A stretch of DNA of 64,000 nucleotides from an uncultured Ruficoccus sp. (GTDB taxonomy: Bacteria; Verrucomicrobiota; Verrucomicrobiia; Opitutales; Cerasicoccaceae): positions 288,001-352,000 of the forward strand of contig OZ223519.1 in assembly GCA_965140785.1 (NCBI GenBank), written 5' to 3'. The notes under the pieces are model-generated. The model ran no database searches. It was not told where the DNA came from and saw only the letters and a program-made list of their open reading frames with translations. Position numbers and translations under genes: made by a program. Positions 19,850 to 30,193 of this stretch are shown in pieces (the first letter of the stretch is position 1; the number at the start of each line of letters is the position of its first letter).

Positions 19850-20479
19850 ATGAAATTCAAGATATATTCCGCAGATGCTTCCTCGAACTCGGAGAAGGAT
19901 TTTGATAACTTCCCGACCTTCGAAGACAACAAGGGCCTCCAAGCCCTCAAGGACGTGATTGTGGCCTATCAGGCCAACAGCCGCCAGGGCTCCGCCAAGG
20001 TCAAGACCCGTTCGGACGTCAACCGTACCGGCAAGAAGGTTTACCGCCAGAAGGGAACCGGTCATGCCCGTCACGGCGACCGCGGCGCTCCGATTTTCGT
20101 CGGTGGTGGCATTGCCCACGGCCCGAAGGTCCGCGACTGGTCCAAGCACATCAACAAGCGCGTCAAGAGCCTCGCCTTCAAGCGTGCCCTGTTCAACAAG
20201 GCCAGCGAAGAGGGGATCGACCTGATCGAGAAGTTCGACGTCGAGCAGCCCAAGACCAAGCTCTTTGACACGCTCATCGGTAAGATTCAGCCCAAGGGCA
20301 AGGTGCTCATCGTGGACAGCGAGTTCACCGATAACGCCGCCCTGGCCGCCCGCAACATCGACCGCGTTTACATCGTCGACGCCGACTCGATCAACGCCTG
20401 GGACCTGATGCGCTTCGACAAGATTGTCGCCAGCGAAGAAGGTTTTAACCGCATCCTCGAACGTGCCAACCAACGCTAA
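19850..20479 (+). CDS. rplD: 50S ribosomal protein L4
   Basis: RQKGTGHARHG, GGGIAHGPK. Confidence 0.97.
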   Translation: MKFKIYSADASSNSEKDFDNFPTFEDNKGLQALKDVIVAYQANSRQGSAKVKTRSDVNRTGKKVYRQKGTGHARHGDRGAPIFVGGGIAHGPKVRDWSKHINKRVKSLAFKRALFNKASEEGIDLIEKFDVEQPKTKLFDTLIGKIQPKGKVLIVDSEFTDNAALAARNIDRVYIVDADSINAWDLMRFDKIVASEEGFNRILERANQR

Positions 20480-20494
20480 GGAACTTTATTTGTC

Positions 20495-20785
20495 ATGATT
20501 TCACCCGACAAAGTTATTAAGGAAAAGCGCGTGACCGAGAAGTCGGCCCAGCTGGAAGCCAATTTGAACCAGCACGTCTTCGAAGTCTACCCGCAGTCCA
20601 CCCGCACCGAAGTGGCCCAGGCCGTCGAGAAGCTCTACGGCGTCAAAGTCGCCCGTGTGAACGTCTTCAAGGTCAAGGGCAAGAACAAGCGCAGCCGCAC
20701 CGTTCGCGGCCAGTACGGGAAGACCCCCGACATGAAGAAAGCCGTCGTCACCCTCCAGCAGGGTGAATCCATCGACACCGTCTAA
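20495..20785 (+). CDS. rplW: 50S ribosomal protein L23
   Basis: VTEKS, AVEKLYGVKV, KKAVVTL; synteny. Confidence 0.95.
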   Translation: MISPDKVIKEKRVTEKSAQLEANLNQHVFEVYPQSTRTEVAQAVEKLYGVKVARVNVFKVKGKNKRSRTVRGQYGKTPDMKKAVVTLQQGESIDTV

Positions 20786-20806
20786 CCCATTTAGCCGCGA
20801 CCAGCC

Positions 20807-21655
20807 ATGGCCATTGTTAAGACCAAACCCATTACACCCGCTCAGCGCTTTCATTCCAAAAGCCGCCAGGAACTCGCCAAGAACGATCCTGAGAAGAGCC
20901 TGACCATCTCGCGCCACCGCAAGAAGGGCCGTAACAACAACGGCCGCATCACTTCTCGCCGCCGTGGTGGTGGTCACAAGCGCCTGTACCGCATCATCGA
21001 CTTCCGCCGCGACAAGCTCGACATGGCGGCCGAGATCGTCTCCATCGAGTACGATCCGAACCGCTCGGCTAACATCGCCCTGCTCAAGTTCGAAGACGGC
21101 GAAAAACGTTACATCCTTTGCCCGCGCGGCCTCAAGGTCGGTGACAAGCTTCTGAGCACTAACGGCGAAGTCGAGGAGTTCACTCCCGGCCTCTGTGTGC
21201 CGCTGAAGATTATTCCGCCCTCCACGCAGATTCACGCGATCGAGATGCAGCCCGGACGCGGTGCCCAGATCGCCCGTTCTGCCGGCCAGTCGGCCCAGCT
21301 CATTTCGGTCGAAGGCACCCGCGCCACGATCAAGATGCCCTCCGGTGAAATTCGCATGGTTCACTCCAACTGCCGCGCCACTATCGGCCGCGTCGGTAAC
21401 GAGGAGCACGAAAGCCTCAGCGCCGGCAAGGCCGGTCGCAACCGCTGGAAGGGCAAGCGCCCCCGCGTCCGTGGTGTGGCCATGAACCCTGTCGATCACC
21501 CCATGGGTGGTGGTGAAGCCAAGACCTCCGGTGGCGGCCATCCGGTTTCCCCGTGGGGCCAGCTCTCGAAGGGCTTCCCGACCCGTACCAAGTCCAAGCC
21601 CTCCAACTCGATGATCCTTGTCCGTCGCAACGGCAAGAAGATGAAGCGCAAGTAA
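20807..21655 (+). CDS. rplB: 50S ribosomal protein L2
   Basis: [32 protein letters not shown]. Confidence 0.99.
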   Translation: MAIVKTKPITPAQRFHSKSRQELAKNDPEKSLTISRHRKKGRNNNGRITSRRRGGGHKRLYRIIDFRRDKLDMAAEIVSIEYDPNRSANIALLKFEDGEKRYILCPRGLKVGDKLLSTNGEVEEFTPGLCVPLKIIPPSTQIHAIEMQPGRGAQIARSAGQSAQLISVEGTRATIKMPSGEIRMVHSNCRATIGRVGNEEHESLSAGKAGRNRWKGKRPRVRGVAMNPVDHPMGGGEAKTSGGGHPVSPWGQLSKGFPTRTKSKPSNSMILVRRNGKKMKRK

Positions 21656-21676
21656 CCCGACAACGAATTTTTCGAT

Positions 21677-21946
21677 ATGGCACGTTCAATTAAGAAAGGC
21701 TTCTTCGTAGATCCGAAGCTGATGATTAAGGTGGAAAAGGCCCAGGCCGAAGGGACACACAAGCCCTTCCAGACCTGGTCCCGCCGCTCGACCATCACCC
21801 CGGACTTTGTCGGCCTCAACATCAACGTTCACAATGGCAAGGGCTTCACCCCCGTGCACGTGACGGAAAACATGGTTGGTCACAAGCTCGGCGAATTCGC
21901 CCCGACCCGCACCTTCAAGGGTCACCAGCCTCACACCAAGAAGTAG
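21677..21946 (+). CDS. rpsS: 30S ribosomal protein S19
   Basis: [26 protein letters not shown]. Confidence 0.98.
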   Translation: MARSIKKGFFVDPKLMIKVEKAQAEGTHKPFQTWSRRSTITPDFVGLNINVHNGKGFTPVHVTENMVGHKLGEFAPTRTFKGHQPHTKK

Positions 21947-21957
21947 TTCCACCTCCG

Positions 21958-22374
21958 ATGTTCACCCGCGTACAACTCATCACCTTTTTCTCCCTGCTCA
22001 TGGCCGGGAGTCTGATGAGCTACGCCCAGGACGAGGCAGCGGTCGGGCAGGGGAGTGCGCCGGTCATCGACGCCACTCCGGTTTCTGTGGACCGCCCCTA
22101 CTTTGTTGAAAACTCTATTTATCCGACAGGCCAGACGACGGTCTTCGGGGTGGCGCAAACGCCCGTCACCGATGTGGTCATCCTCAACAACGGTCTCGAT
22201 CAGGGCTTTCGCCTGGGCATGGTATGCCAGGTGTCCCGCCCCGGCCAGAGTGTGGCTGACCTGATCCTGGTCGATGTGCGCGATAACCGCGCCGCCGGCC
22301 TTATTATCAACCTCGAATCCGGCCAGGCCATTCGCTCCGGCGACGGCGTCAACATCAAGACGATCAATCTTTAA
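21958..22374 (+). CDS. Hypothetical exported protein with a possible FlgT C-terminal-like beta domain
   Basis: 138 aa filling the rpsS-rplV gap with 11 and 13 bp spacers; N-terminal signal-peptide-like segment; VILNNGLDQGFRLGM...IRSGDGV. Confidence 0.75.
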   Translation: MFTRVQLITFFSLLMAGSLMSYAQDEAAVGQGSAPVIDATPVSVDRPYFVENSIYPTGQTTVFGVAQTPVTDVVILNNGLDQGFRLGMVCQVSRPGQSVADLILVDVRDNRAAGLIINLESGQAIRSGDGVNIKTINL

Positions 22375-22387
22375 AACTGCAACCAGC

Positions 22388-22753
22388 ATGGAAGTTCAGG
22401 CTCTAACCAAGTACACCCGCATGTCCCCGAAGAAGGTCCGCGAAGTGGCCCGTCAGGTACAGGGACGCCCCGCGGCTGAAGCACTCGAATTGCTTCGCTT
22501 CATCCCGCGTAAATCGGCCCGTCTCATCGCCAAGACGCTGACCAGCGCCGTGGCCAATGCGGAAAACAACCACAATCTTTCCTCCGACGACCTGATCGTG
22601 AAGCGCTGCCTGGTGGAAGAAGGCCCTGCCTTCCGTCGCTTTCAGCCCGTGGGTCGCGGTTCGGCACATCCTATCCGCAAACGCACCAGCCACATCCGCA
22701 TCGTCCTGACGGACGAGGTTGCCAAGCCCGCGGCCAATTCCAACGAGCAATAA
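22388..22753 (+). CDS. rplV: 50S ribosomal protein L22
   Basis: [28 protein letters not shown] at 22388. Confidence 0.97.
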   Translation: MEVQALTKYTRMSPKKVREVARQVQGRPAAEALELLRFIPRKSARLIAKTLTSAVANAENNHNLSSDDLIVKRCLVEEGPAFRRFQPVGRGSAHPIRKRTSHIRIVLTDEVAKPAANSNEQ

Positions 22754-22755
22754 TC

Positions 22756-23391
22756 ATGGGACAAAAAGTCAATCCGATCGGTTTCCGCCTCAGTGTCCGC
22801 CGTAACTGGGATTCGCGCTGGTACGCGGACAAGAAGAGCTTCCCGGCCTACGTCGCCGAGGACAACAAGATCCGCCAGTTCCTCAAGAAGAAGATGAAGT
22901 ACGCGGCCGTGCCGCGCGTGTTCATTGAGCGTGCCGGCCCGAAGGTCCGCATCAAGCTCTTCACCGCCCGCCCCGGTATCGTCATCGGTCGCAAGGGCAG
23001 CGAACTGGAAAAGCTCAAGGACGAGCTGCAGAAGATCACCGGACGCGAGATCATGCTCGACATCCAGGAGATCAAGAAGCCCGACGTCGTCGCCCAGCTC
23101 GTGGCCGAAAACGTCGCCTTGCAGCTTGAGCGCCGCATTTCTTTCCGTCGCGCGATGAAGAAGACCATCATGACCACCATGAGCATGGGTGCCGAAGGTA
23201 TCCGTATCCAGTGCTCGGGCCGTCTGATGGGCGCCGAAATCGCCCGTACCGAACAGCAGCGCATGGGTCGCGTGCCCTTGCACACCCTGCGCGAAAACAT
23301 CGACTACGGCTTCGCTGAAGCCGACACCGTCTATGGCAAGATCGGCATCAAGGTGTGGATCTGTAACCCCAGCGACGTGGATACCCTCTAA
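22756..23391 (+). CDS. rpsC: 30S ribosomal protein S3
   Basis: [31 protein letters not shown]. Confidence 0.98.
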   Translation: MGQKVNPIGFRLSVRRNWDSRWYADKKSFPAYVAEDNKIRQFLKKKMKYAAVPRVFIERAGPKVRIKLFTARPGIVIGRKGSELEKLKDELQKITGREIMLDIQEIKKPDVVAQLVAENVALQLERRISFRRAMKKTIMTTMSMGAEGIRIQCSGRLMGAEIARTEQQRMGRVPLHTLRENIDYGFAEADTVYGKIGIKVWICNPSDVDTL

Positions 23392-23403
23392 GCATCATTT
23401 GTC

Positions 23404-23832
23404 ATGGCTAAGCTCCTTCCTTCCAAAACGAAATACCGCAAGGTCCACAAGGGCCGTATCCGTGGCAACGCCAAGGGCGGCGATACGCTCGCTTTCGGCG
23501 AGTTCGGCATCCAGTCCCTCGAGCGCGGCAAGATGAGCGCCTCCCAGCTCGAAGCCGCTCGTGTGGCCATCAACCGCCACCTCAAGCGTAAGGGCAAGAT
23601 GTGGATCCGCGTTTTCCCGCACAAGCCGGTGACCAAGAAGCCCGCTGAAACCCGTCAGGGTAAGGGTAAGGGCTCCGTCGAGTACTGGTGCGCCGTGGTC
23701 AAGCCCGGTACCATCCTCTTCGAAGTCGGCGGCACCACCCAGACCCTCGCCCGCGAGGCTATGCGCCTGGCCGACGGTAAGCTGCCTTTCCGCTGCCGCT
23801 TCCTCAGCCGCGAAGAACTCGAACAGTACTAA
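23404..23832 (+). CDS. rplP: 50S ribosomal protein L16
   Basis: KYRKVHKG, WIRVFPHKPVTKKPAETRQGKGKG. Confidence 0.98.
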   Translation: MAKLLPSKTKYRKVHKGRIRGNAKGGDTLAFGEFGIQSLERGKMSASQLEAARVAINRHLKRKGKMWIRVFPHKPVTKKPAETRQGKGKGSVEYWCAVVKPGTILFEVGGTTQTLAREAMRLADGKLPFRCRFLSREELEQY

Positions 23833-23873
23833 CAAACACACGCCCAGCGTTTACCTAAACCCAATCCTTTCCC

Positions 23874-24071
23874 ATGAAAGCCGCAGACATCCGCGAACTG
23901 AGCACCGACGAAATCAAGAAGAAGCTCCGCGACACCCGCCAGGAGCTCGTCCAGCTGCGCGTGCGCAAGCAGGCCGGCCAGGTTGAAAAGTCGAGCGAAC
24001 TGCGCGAACTGCGCCGTGACATCGCCCGTCTGGAGACCTTCCTCAAGGCCAAATCCACCGTCACTGCCTAA
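23874..24071 (+). CDS. rpmC: 50S ribosomal protein L29
   Basis: MKAADIRELS, LRRDIARLET; synteny. Confidence 0.95.
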   Translation: MKAADIRELSTDEIKKKLRDTRQELVQLRVRKQAGQVEKSSELRELRRDIARLETFLKAKSTVTA

Positions 24072-24088
24072 CCTTATTTCTTACGACC

Positions 24089-24373
24089 ATGTCCGAAGAG
24101 AGCACACGTAACAACCGCAAGGACCTCATTGGTGTCGTCACCAGCCGCACCGGCGACAAGTCGGTCAAGGTCACCTTCTTTTACAAGATCGCCCACCCGC
24201 TGTACCGCAAGGAAGTTAAGCGCAAGACGGTCGTCCACGTTCACGACGAAAAGAACGACTGTAACATCGGCGACAAGGTCGAGATCATGGAAACGCGCCC
24301 GCTGAGCAAGCTCAAGCGCTGGCGCGTGGTCAAGGTCCTCGAAAAGGCTCCCATCGTTGGGAACATCGGCTAA
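24089..24373 (+). CDS. rpsQ: 30S ribosomal protein S17
   Basis: HPLYRK, HDEKN, ETRPLSKLKRW. Confidence 0.97.
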   Translation: MSEESTRNNRKDLIGVVTSRTGDKSVKVTFFYKIAHPLYRKEVKRKTVVHVHDEKNDCNIGDKVEIMETRPLSKLKRWRVVKVLEKAPIVGNIG

Positions 24374-24436
24374 AGGAGCTTAGCTCCATATGCCGGAAGC
24401 CGATTTAACCCTTTCACACTTTAAACGGAACCCGCA

Positions 24437-24802
<366 letters not shown>

Positions 24803-24822
24803 CCCCGGCACCACACACGAAG

Positions 24823-25074
24823 ATGAAGTATAAGATCAAACGTGGAGACGAAGTCGTCGTCATCGCCGGCGCCCACAAGGGGCAGCGCGGCAAAGTTCTC
24901 GAAGTGCTGCGCGGCAAAGACCGCGTCGTCATCGAGGGCGTCAACATGGTCAAGCGCCATCGCAAAGCGACCAAGGAAAACGATCCGGATGCGGGCATCG
25001 TCGAGCGCGAAGGCTCCGTCCATTACTCAAACGTCATGAAGGCTGACCGCTACGACAGCCGCAAGAGCGCCTAG
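24823..25074 (+). CDS. rplX: 50S ribosomal protein L24 (short form)
   Basis: KOW motif IKRGDEVVVIAGAHKG, VIEGVN, HYSNV. Confidence 0.95.
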   Translation: MKYKIKRGDEVVVIAGAHKGQRGKVLEVLRGKDRVVIEGVNMVKRHRKATKENDPDAGIVEREGSVHYSNVMKADRYDSRKSA

Positions 25075-25097
25075 TGCCGCGCAAGGAGACCCAAGTC

Positions 25098-25688
25098 ATG
25101 CAGAATACCGCATACGTCCCCGCCCTTAAGAAGGCCTATCTCGACAACGTCGTTCCCGAACTGCTTAAGAGCCTCGGCTATAAGAATGTTCATCAGGTTC
25201 CGAAGCTGGAGAAGGTGGTCATTAATTCCGGCCTGAACGCCTCCCGCGACAAGAACTGGGTGGCCGAGGTGCAGAAGGAAATCACCGCCATCGCCGGCCA
25301 GCAGGCCGTCATCACGAAAGCGCGCAAGAGCGTGTCGAACTTTAAGCTGCGCGAAGGCATGTCCAACGGCGTCGCCGTTACCCTTCGCGGGAGCAAGATG
25401 TACGACTTCCTGCTGCGCTTCATCAACATCGCCCTGCCGAACATCCGTGACTTCCGCGGGGTTTCGCAGAAGCTTGATGGTCACGGTAACTACTCCATCG
25501 GTATCACCGACTCGACCATCTTCCCCGAGATCAGCCACGACACTTCCGGGCGCGAATCCATCGGGATGGACATCACCATCGTAACCTCCGCCACGACCGA
25601 CAAGGAAGGCCGCGAATTGCTCAAGCAGCTCGGCATGCCCTTCCGCAAACCCTCCTCCTCCCAGACTGCGGCCGCCGCCGCCAACTAA
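25098..25688 (+). CDS. rplE: 50S ribosomal protein L5
   Basis: VPKLEKVVIN, KARKSVSNFKLREG, ALPNIRDFRG; ATG at 25098. Confidence 0.97.
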   Translation: MQNTAYVPALKKAYLDNVVPELLKSLGYKNVHQVPKLEKVVINSGLNASRDKNWVAEVQKEITAIAGQQAVITKARKSVSNFKLREGMSNGVAVTLRGSKMYDFLLRFINIALPNIRDFRGVSQKLDGHGNYSIGITDSTIFPEISHDTSGRESIGMDITIVTSATTDKEGRELLKQLGMPFRKPSSSQTAAAAAN

Positions 25689-25697
25689 TTTACCAGC

Positions 25698-26003
25698 ATG
25701 GCTAAGAAAAGCTCCATTGCCCGCAACAAGAAGCGTGAACGCCTCGTCGAAAAGTACGCGGCCAAGCGCGCGGAACTCAAGGCGATCCTCGCCGACCCGG
25801 AAACGACCGACGAGGCCTACTGGGATGCCCAGCGCAAGCTCAACAAGCTGCCGCGCAACTCCTCGCCGATCCGCGTGCGCAACCGCTGCAACGTCACCGG
25901 TCGCCCGCGCGCCTACATCCGCAAGTACGGCCTGTCCCGTATCACGTTCCGCGAACTGGCCTCGAACGGCCACATTCCCGGCGTAACCAAATCCTCCTGG
26001 TAA
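25698..26003 (+). CDS. rpsN: 30S ribosomal protein S14 (long, Zn-free type)
   Basis: 101 aa, [35 protein letters not shown]. Confidence 0.97.
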   Translation: MAKKSSIARNKKRERLVEKYAAKRAELKAILADPETTDEAYWDAQRKLNKLPRNSSPIRVRNRCNVTGRPRAYIRKYGLSRITFRELASNGHIPGVTKSSW

Positions 26004-26023
26004 CCCTCAGCACGACACAGACA

Positions 26024-26422
26024 ATGGCAGTACACGACACCATCGGAGACTTTCTGACCACGATCCGCAACGCCAACGCTGCGGGTAAGGAAACCTGCAC
26101 GGTCCGCTATTCCAAGCTGCGCGCCGGCATCGCCCAGATCCTGCTGCGCGACGGCTACGTCAGCGACGTACGCGAAGTGGAGGAGGTCAAGGGGCACCGT
26201 AACATTGAAATCACCCTCAAATATGTGGATGACGCCTCGGCGATCGTCGGTATCGAGCGTTTCAGCACGCCGGGCCGCCGCCTCTACGCCAAGTACACGG
26301 ATATTCCCCGTGTCTTGGGTGGCTTGGGCACCTCCATCCTCACCACTTCCAAGGGCATCTTGAGTGACCGTGACGCACGTCGGCAGAAAGTCGGCGGCGA
26401 GGTCATCTGCAAGGTCTGGTAA
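26024..26422 (+). CDS. rpsH: 30S ribosomal protein S8
   Basis: DTIGDFLTTIRNA, STPGRRLY, ILTTSKG, VGGEV. Confidence 0.97.
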   Translation: MAVHDTIGDFLTTIRNANAAGKETCTVRYSKLRAGIAQILLRDGYVSDVREVEEVKGHRNIEITLKYVDDASAIVGIERFSTPGRRLYAKYTDIPRVLGGLGTSILTTSKGILSDRDARRQKVGGEVICKVW

Positions 26423-26429
26423 AACAAGT

Positions 26430-26514
26430 GTTTTTGTGTTTGGTGCCTTGTTCTTTGTTATGAAGCGAGCAGCCAAGCACTAAGAACCAAGCACTAAGCA
26501 CAAAGAACCAATAA
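26430..26514. repeat. Inverted arrays of degenerate 7-mer tandem repeats
   Basis: Left GTTTTTG TGTTTGG TGCCTTG TTCTTTG; right CCAAGCA CTAAGAA CCAAGCA CTAAGCA CAAAGAA CCAATAA. Confidence 0.8.
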
Positions 26515-26527
26515 CAGAAATTTCCTC

Positions 26528-27064
26528 ATGAGCAGAATCGGAAAACTCCCGGTAGCCGTCCCCGAAAAGGTCAAAGTGACCGTCAACGGGTCGGAAGTCG
26601 CGGTGGAAGGCCCCAAGGGCAAGCTCTCCAAGACCTTTGAAAGCTGCGTCTCGATCAAGGTCGAAGACGGCAACGTTATCGTTTCTCCCCTGGACGACAG
26701 CCGCCACGCCAACGCCATGTACGGCACCGCCCGTTCCATTATCAATGGCATGGTCGCTGGTGTACAGCAGCCGTACTCCAAGAAGCTGGAGATCGAAGGC
26801 GTCGGTTTTAAGGCTGTCCTCAAGGGCCAGATCCTCGACCTCGCCCTAGGCTACTCGCACGCCATTCTTTACAATGTGCCGGCTGGCATCACCATCACCA
26901 TCGACGGCGGCACCAAGCTGACCGTGGAAGGCTGCGACAAGCAGGTGGTTGGTCAGGTCGCCGCCGACATCAAGGGCTTCAAGCCCGTAGAGCCCTATAA
27001 GGGCAAGGGTGTCCGCATCGTCGGCGAATACGTCCGCCGCAAGGAAGGTAAGAAAACCGCTTAA
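26528..27064 (+). CDS. rplF: 50S ribosomal protein L6
   Basis: MSRIGKLP, GPKGKL, LGYSH, EPYKGKG. Confidence 0.98.
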   Translation: MSRIGKLPVAVPEKVKVTVNGSEVAVEGPKGKLSKTFESCVSIKVEDGNVIVSPLDDSRHANAMYGTARSIINGMVAGVQQPYSKKLEIEGVGFKAVLKGQILDLALGYSHAILYNVPAGITITIDGGTKLTVEGCDKQVVGQVAADIKGFKPVEPYKGKGVRIVGEYVRRKEGKKTA

Positions 27065-27075
27065 TCGCACGAGCC

Positions 27076-27438
27076 ATGAAACTTCAGAAGAAACGCGAAC
27101 TGTTGCAAAAGCGCCGCTGGCGCATCCGCAAAACAATCAAAGGTACCGCCGAACGGCCCCGCTTGGTCGTGCGTTTTTCGCACCAGCATGTCTATGCCCA
27201 GTGCATCGACGACGTCGCCGGTCATACCCTTGCCTCCGCTTCGTCCCTGGACAAGGATCAGCGCGAGAATGCGATCAAGCCCAATACCGAAGGCGCCGCC
27301 AAGCTCGGCAAGGCCCTCGGCGAGAAGATCAAGGCCGCCGGTGTCGACAGCGTTGTTTTCGACCGCGCCGGTCGTCGCTATCACGGCTGCGTGAAGGCCT
27401 TCGCCGACGCCGCCCGTGAAGCCGGTCTCAAATTCTAA
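27076..27438 (+). CDS. rplR: 50S ribosomal protein L18
   Basis: [26 protein letters not shown]. Confidence 0.97.
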   Translation: MKLQKKRELLQKRRWRIRKTIKGTAERPRLVVRFSHQHVYAQCIDDVAGHTLASASSLDKDQRENAIKPNTEGAAKLGKALGEKIKAAGVDSVVFDRAGRRYHGCVKAFADAAREAGLKF

Positions 27439-27451
27439 CCTATTTATCAGC

Positions 27452-28129
27452 ATGAGTAATCAGCCCAGCAGCAGCAACCCCTCCCAGCATCAAGGCCGTG
27501 GTGGCCCCGGCGGCCCCAATCGTGGTGGTCCTGGCGGTCCCAACCGTGGTGGACAGGGTCGTGGCGGACCCGGTCGTGGCGGACAAGGCCGTGGCCGTGG
27601 ACCGCGCCGCGAACGTGCTTCCGAACCCGCCGAAGAACAGCAGTTCGTCGAAAAAGTCGTTCACATCAACCGTTGTGCCAAGGTCGTCAAGGGCGGTCGC
27701 CGCTTCAGCTTTGCCGCGCTGGTCGTCTCCGGCGACGGCAAGGGCAAGGTCGGTGTCGGTTACGGCAAGGCCAAGGAAGTTCCCGAAGCCATCCGCAAGG
27801 GCACCGAACGCGCCCGCGCCAACCAGGAAGAGATTCGCCTCAAGGGCCGCACCATCCCGCACGAAGTCCGTGGTGAACACGACGGTGGCGAAGTGATCCT
27901 GCGCCCGGCTTCCGAAGGTACCGGTGTCATCGCCGGTGGCGGCATCCGTGCCGTGCTCGAAGCGGTCGGCATCCATGACGTGCTTTCCAAGTCCCTCGGT
28001 TCCAACAATCCCGGTGCTATGGTCAACGCCACCCTCGACGGCCTGCGCCAACTGCGCACCGCCGAGCAGATTGCCCAGATCAAGCAGGCCGGTACGAAAA
28101 AGGAAGAGCCGGCTGAGACCCTGGCTTAA
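27452..28129 (+). CDS. rpsE: 30S ribosomal protein S5 with a Gly/Arg-rich N-terminal extension
   Basis: [40 protein letters not shown]. Confidence 0.97.
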   Translation: MSNQPSSSNPSQHQGRGGPGGPNRGGPGGPNRGGQGRGGPGRGGQGRGRGPRRERASEPAEEQQFVEKVVHINRCAKVVKGGRRFSFAALVVSGDGKGKVGVGYGKAKEVPEAIRKGTERARANQEEIRLKGRTIPHEVRGEHDGGEVILRPASEGTGVIAGGGIRAVLEAVGIHDVLSKSLGSNNPGAMVNATLDGLRQLRTAEQIAQIKQAGTKKEEPAETLA

Positions 28130-28161
28130 GACATACTCGTTCAAGAGAGGAAATCCTTATC

Positions 28162-28644
28162 ATGAAACTTCATTCCCTGAGCAACAATCCCGGCGCCACC
28201 AAGCGCAAGAAGCGCCGCGGCATCGGGCCCGGCAGCGGTCGTGGTAAAACATCCACCCGCGGCCAAAAGGGCCAGAAAGCCCGCGCCGGCTCCAGCATCC
28301 GTCCCGGTTTCGAAGGCGGTCAGATCCCGTTGTACCGTACGCTCCCGCACCGCGGTTTCAACAACGCTAAATTCCACAAGGAGTACGCTGCGATCAACGT
28401 GAGCGAGCTGGAACAGCTGGAAGCGAGCGAGATCGACGCCGATGTGATGAAAAAGGCGGGCATTCTGCGCCGCAAGGCCGCTCTGGTCAAGGTGCTCGGT
28501 CACGGCGAAATCACCCGTGCGGTCACTGTGACGGCGGACAAGTTTTCCGAAACTGCCAAGCAGAAGATCGAAGCCGCCGGCGGCAAGGTCATCCTGAGCC
28601 AGCCTGAGAAGACTGCGGAGGAAGAATCCGCCAAGGAGGAGTAA
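28162..28644 (+). CDS. rplO: 50S ribosomal protein L15
   Basis: GSGRGKTSTRGQKGQ, GFEGGQIPL, KIEAAGG. Confidence 0.97.
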   Translation: MKLHSLSNNPGATKRKKRRGIGPGSGRGKTSTRGQKGQKARAGSSIRPGFEGGQIPLYRTLPHRGFNNAKFHKEYAAINVSELEQLEASEIDADVMKKAGILRRKAALVKVLGHGEITRAVTVTADKFSETAKQKIEAAGGKVILSQPEKTAEEESAKEE

Positions 28645-28684
28645 TCCACCGGGCCTCGGCCTGAGACCCAAACCTGCTGCACCG

Positions 28685-30187
28685 ATGCTCAACGCCTTCC
28701 TCAACTGCTTAAAGATTCCCGAGCTGCGGAGCCGGATTTTCTTCACCTTCGGCATGGTCTTTGTGGCCCGTGTCGGGGCGGCGATCCCGCTGCCGGGGCT
28801 GAACCCGGAACCGCTCCAGAAGTTCTTCGAGTACCAGGCCTCCGCCACCGGCGGGGTTCTTGGTCTTTATAACATGTTCACCGGGGGCGCTCTGCTCAAC
28901 GGGGCCGTGTTCGCGCTGGGCATCATGCCGTACATCAGTGCCTCGATTATTCTTCAGCTCATGGCGGCCGTGGTTCCGACCCTGGCCCGTCTGCAGCAGG
29001 AAGGGGAAATCGGCCGGCAGAAGATCACGCAGTACACCCGCTACCTGACCATCGGGATTGCCCTGGTGCAGGGGTTGCTGCTGAATCTCGCGCTGGTGCG
29101 TTACCCGGACCGGATCTTCCAGGGCTTCGATATCGATAAGTGGGGGGCGATCGTGATGATCGACCCGACCTGGTTCCTCATCACCTCGACCATCTTCCTC
29201 ACCGCCGGTACCATCCTGCTGATGTGGATCGGTGAGCAGATCACCGAAAATGGTATCGGTAACGGGATTTCCCTGCTGATTACGATCGGTATTCTGGCCC
29301 GTTTCCCCAGCGCGGTGCTTTCCGCCTGGCGTCTGGTCACGGCCAAGGCCGGGGCTGAAGCCAGCATGAGCGTCCCCGAAGCTGTGCTGATGCTGATCCT
29401 TTTTGTCGCGGTGGTGGCGGGGATCGTCGCTGTCACCCAGGCGGTACGAAAAATACCCGTCCAGTACGCCAAGCGCGTGGTGGGGCGGAAGGTTTTTGGC
29501 GGCCAGAGCTCGTTTCTGCCTTTAAAGGTGAACTACTCGGGCGTTATGCCGGTCATCTTCGCCAGCGCCATCATGTTGTTCCCGGCGCAGATCCTGAACA
29601 GTCTGGCCGGTGTGTTTAACAGCGAGACTCTGTCTAACATCGCCAACTCTTTCAGCGTGTCGGGCTGGACCTATTACGTGACCGAAGCTGTCCTGATCAT
29701 GGGCTTCAGCTACTTCTGGGTCTCGATCATGTTCAAGCCGATCCAGATCGCCGACGACTTGAAGAAGAACGGCGGCTACATTCCCGGCGTTCGCCCCGGC
29801 GAGCCCACGGCCAAGTTCCTCGACTTCGTCATGACGCGCCTGACCCTGGCCGGTGCCATCTTCCTGACCGTGATCGCGCTCTTCCCGAACCTGATCATGG
29901 CCACCCAGCGTATCCCGCAGAACATCGCCCTGTTCTTTGGCGGTACCGGTACGCTGATCGCCGTCGGTGTCATGCTCGACACCATGCGTCAAATCGAAAC
30001 CTACCTTTTACAGCGGCACTACGACGGCTTCCTCAAGAAGGGCCGCCGCCGCGCGCGCGCCAGCTCGCGCACCCGTCAGCTCGTCGATTCTTCCGAATTG
30101 AAGAACCTGGGAGCCCTGTGGATGCCGCTGGGAATCCTCTTTGCCATCGGCATGATTTGCTGGATTCTGCGCACACAGGCGCTCTAA
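28685..30187 (+). CDS. secY: Preprotein translocase subunit SecY
   Basis: FALGIMPYISASII, GIGNGISL, GVMPVIFAS, IPGVRPG, GGTGTLI. Confidence 0.98.
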   Translation: MLNAFLNCLKIPELRSRIFFTFGMVFVARVGAAIPLPGLNPEPLQKFFEYQASATGGVLGLYNMFTGGALLNGAVFALGIMPYISASIILQLMAAVVPTLARLQQEGEIGRQKITQYTRYLTIGIALVQGLLLNLALVRYPDRIFQGFDIDKWGAIVMIDPTWFLITSTIFLTAGTILLMWIGEQITENGIGNGISLLITIGILARFPSAVLSAWRLVTAKAGAEASMSVPEAVLMLILFVAVVAGIVAVTQAVRKIPVQYAKRVVGRKVFGGQSSFLPLKVNYSGVMPVIFASAIMLFPAQILNSLAGVFNSETLSNIANSFSVSGWTYYVTEAVLIMGFSYFWVSIMFKPIQIADDLKKNGGYIPGVRPGEPTAKFLDFVMTRLTLAGAIFLTVIALFPNLIMATQRIPQNIALFFGGTGTLIAVGVMLDTMRQIETYLLQRHYDGFLKKGRRRARASSRTRQLVDSSELKNLGALWMPLGILFAIGMICWILRTQAL

Positions 30188-30193
30188 CGGATC

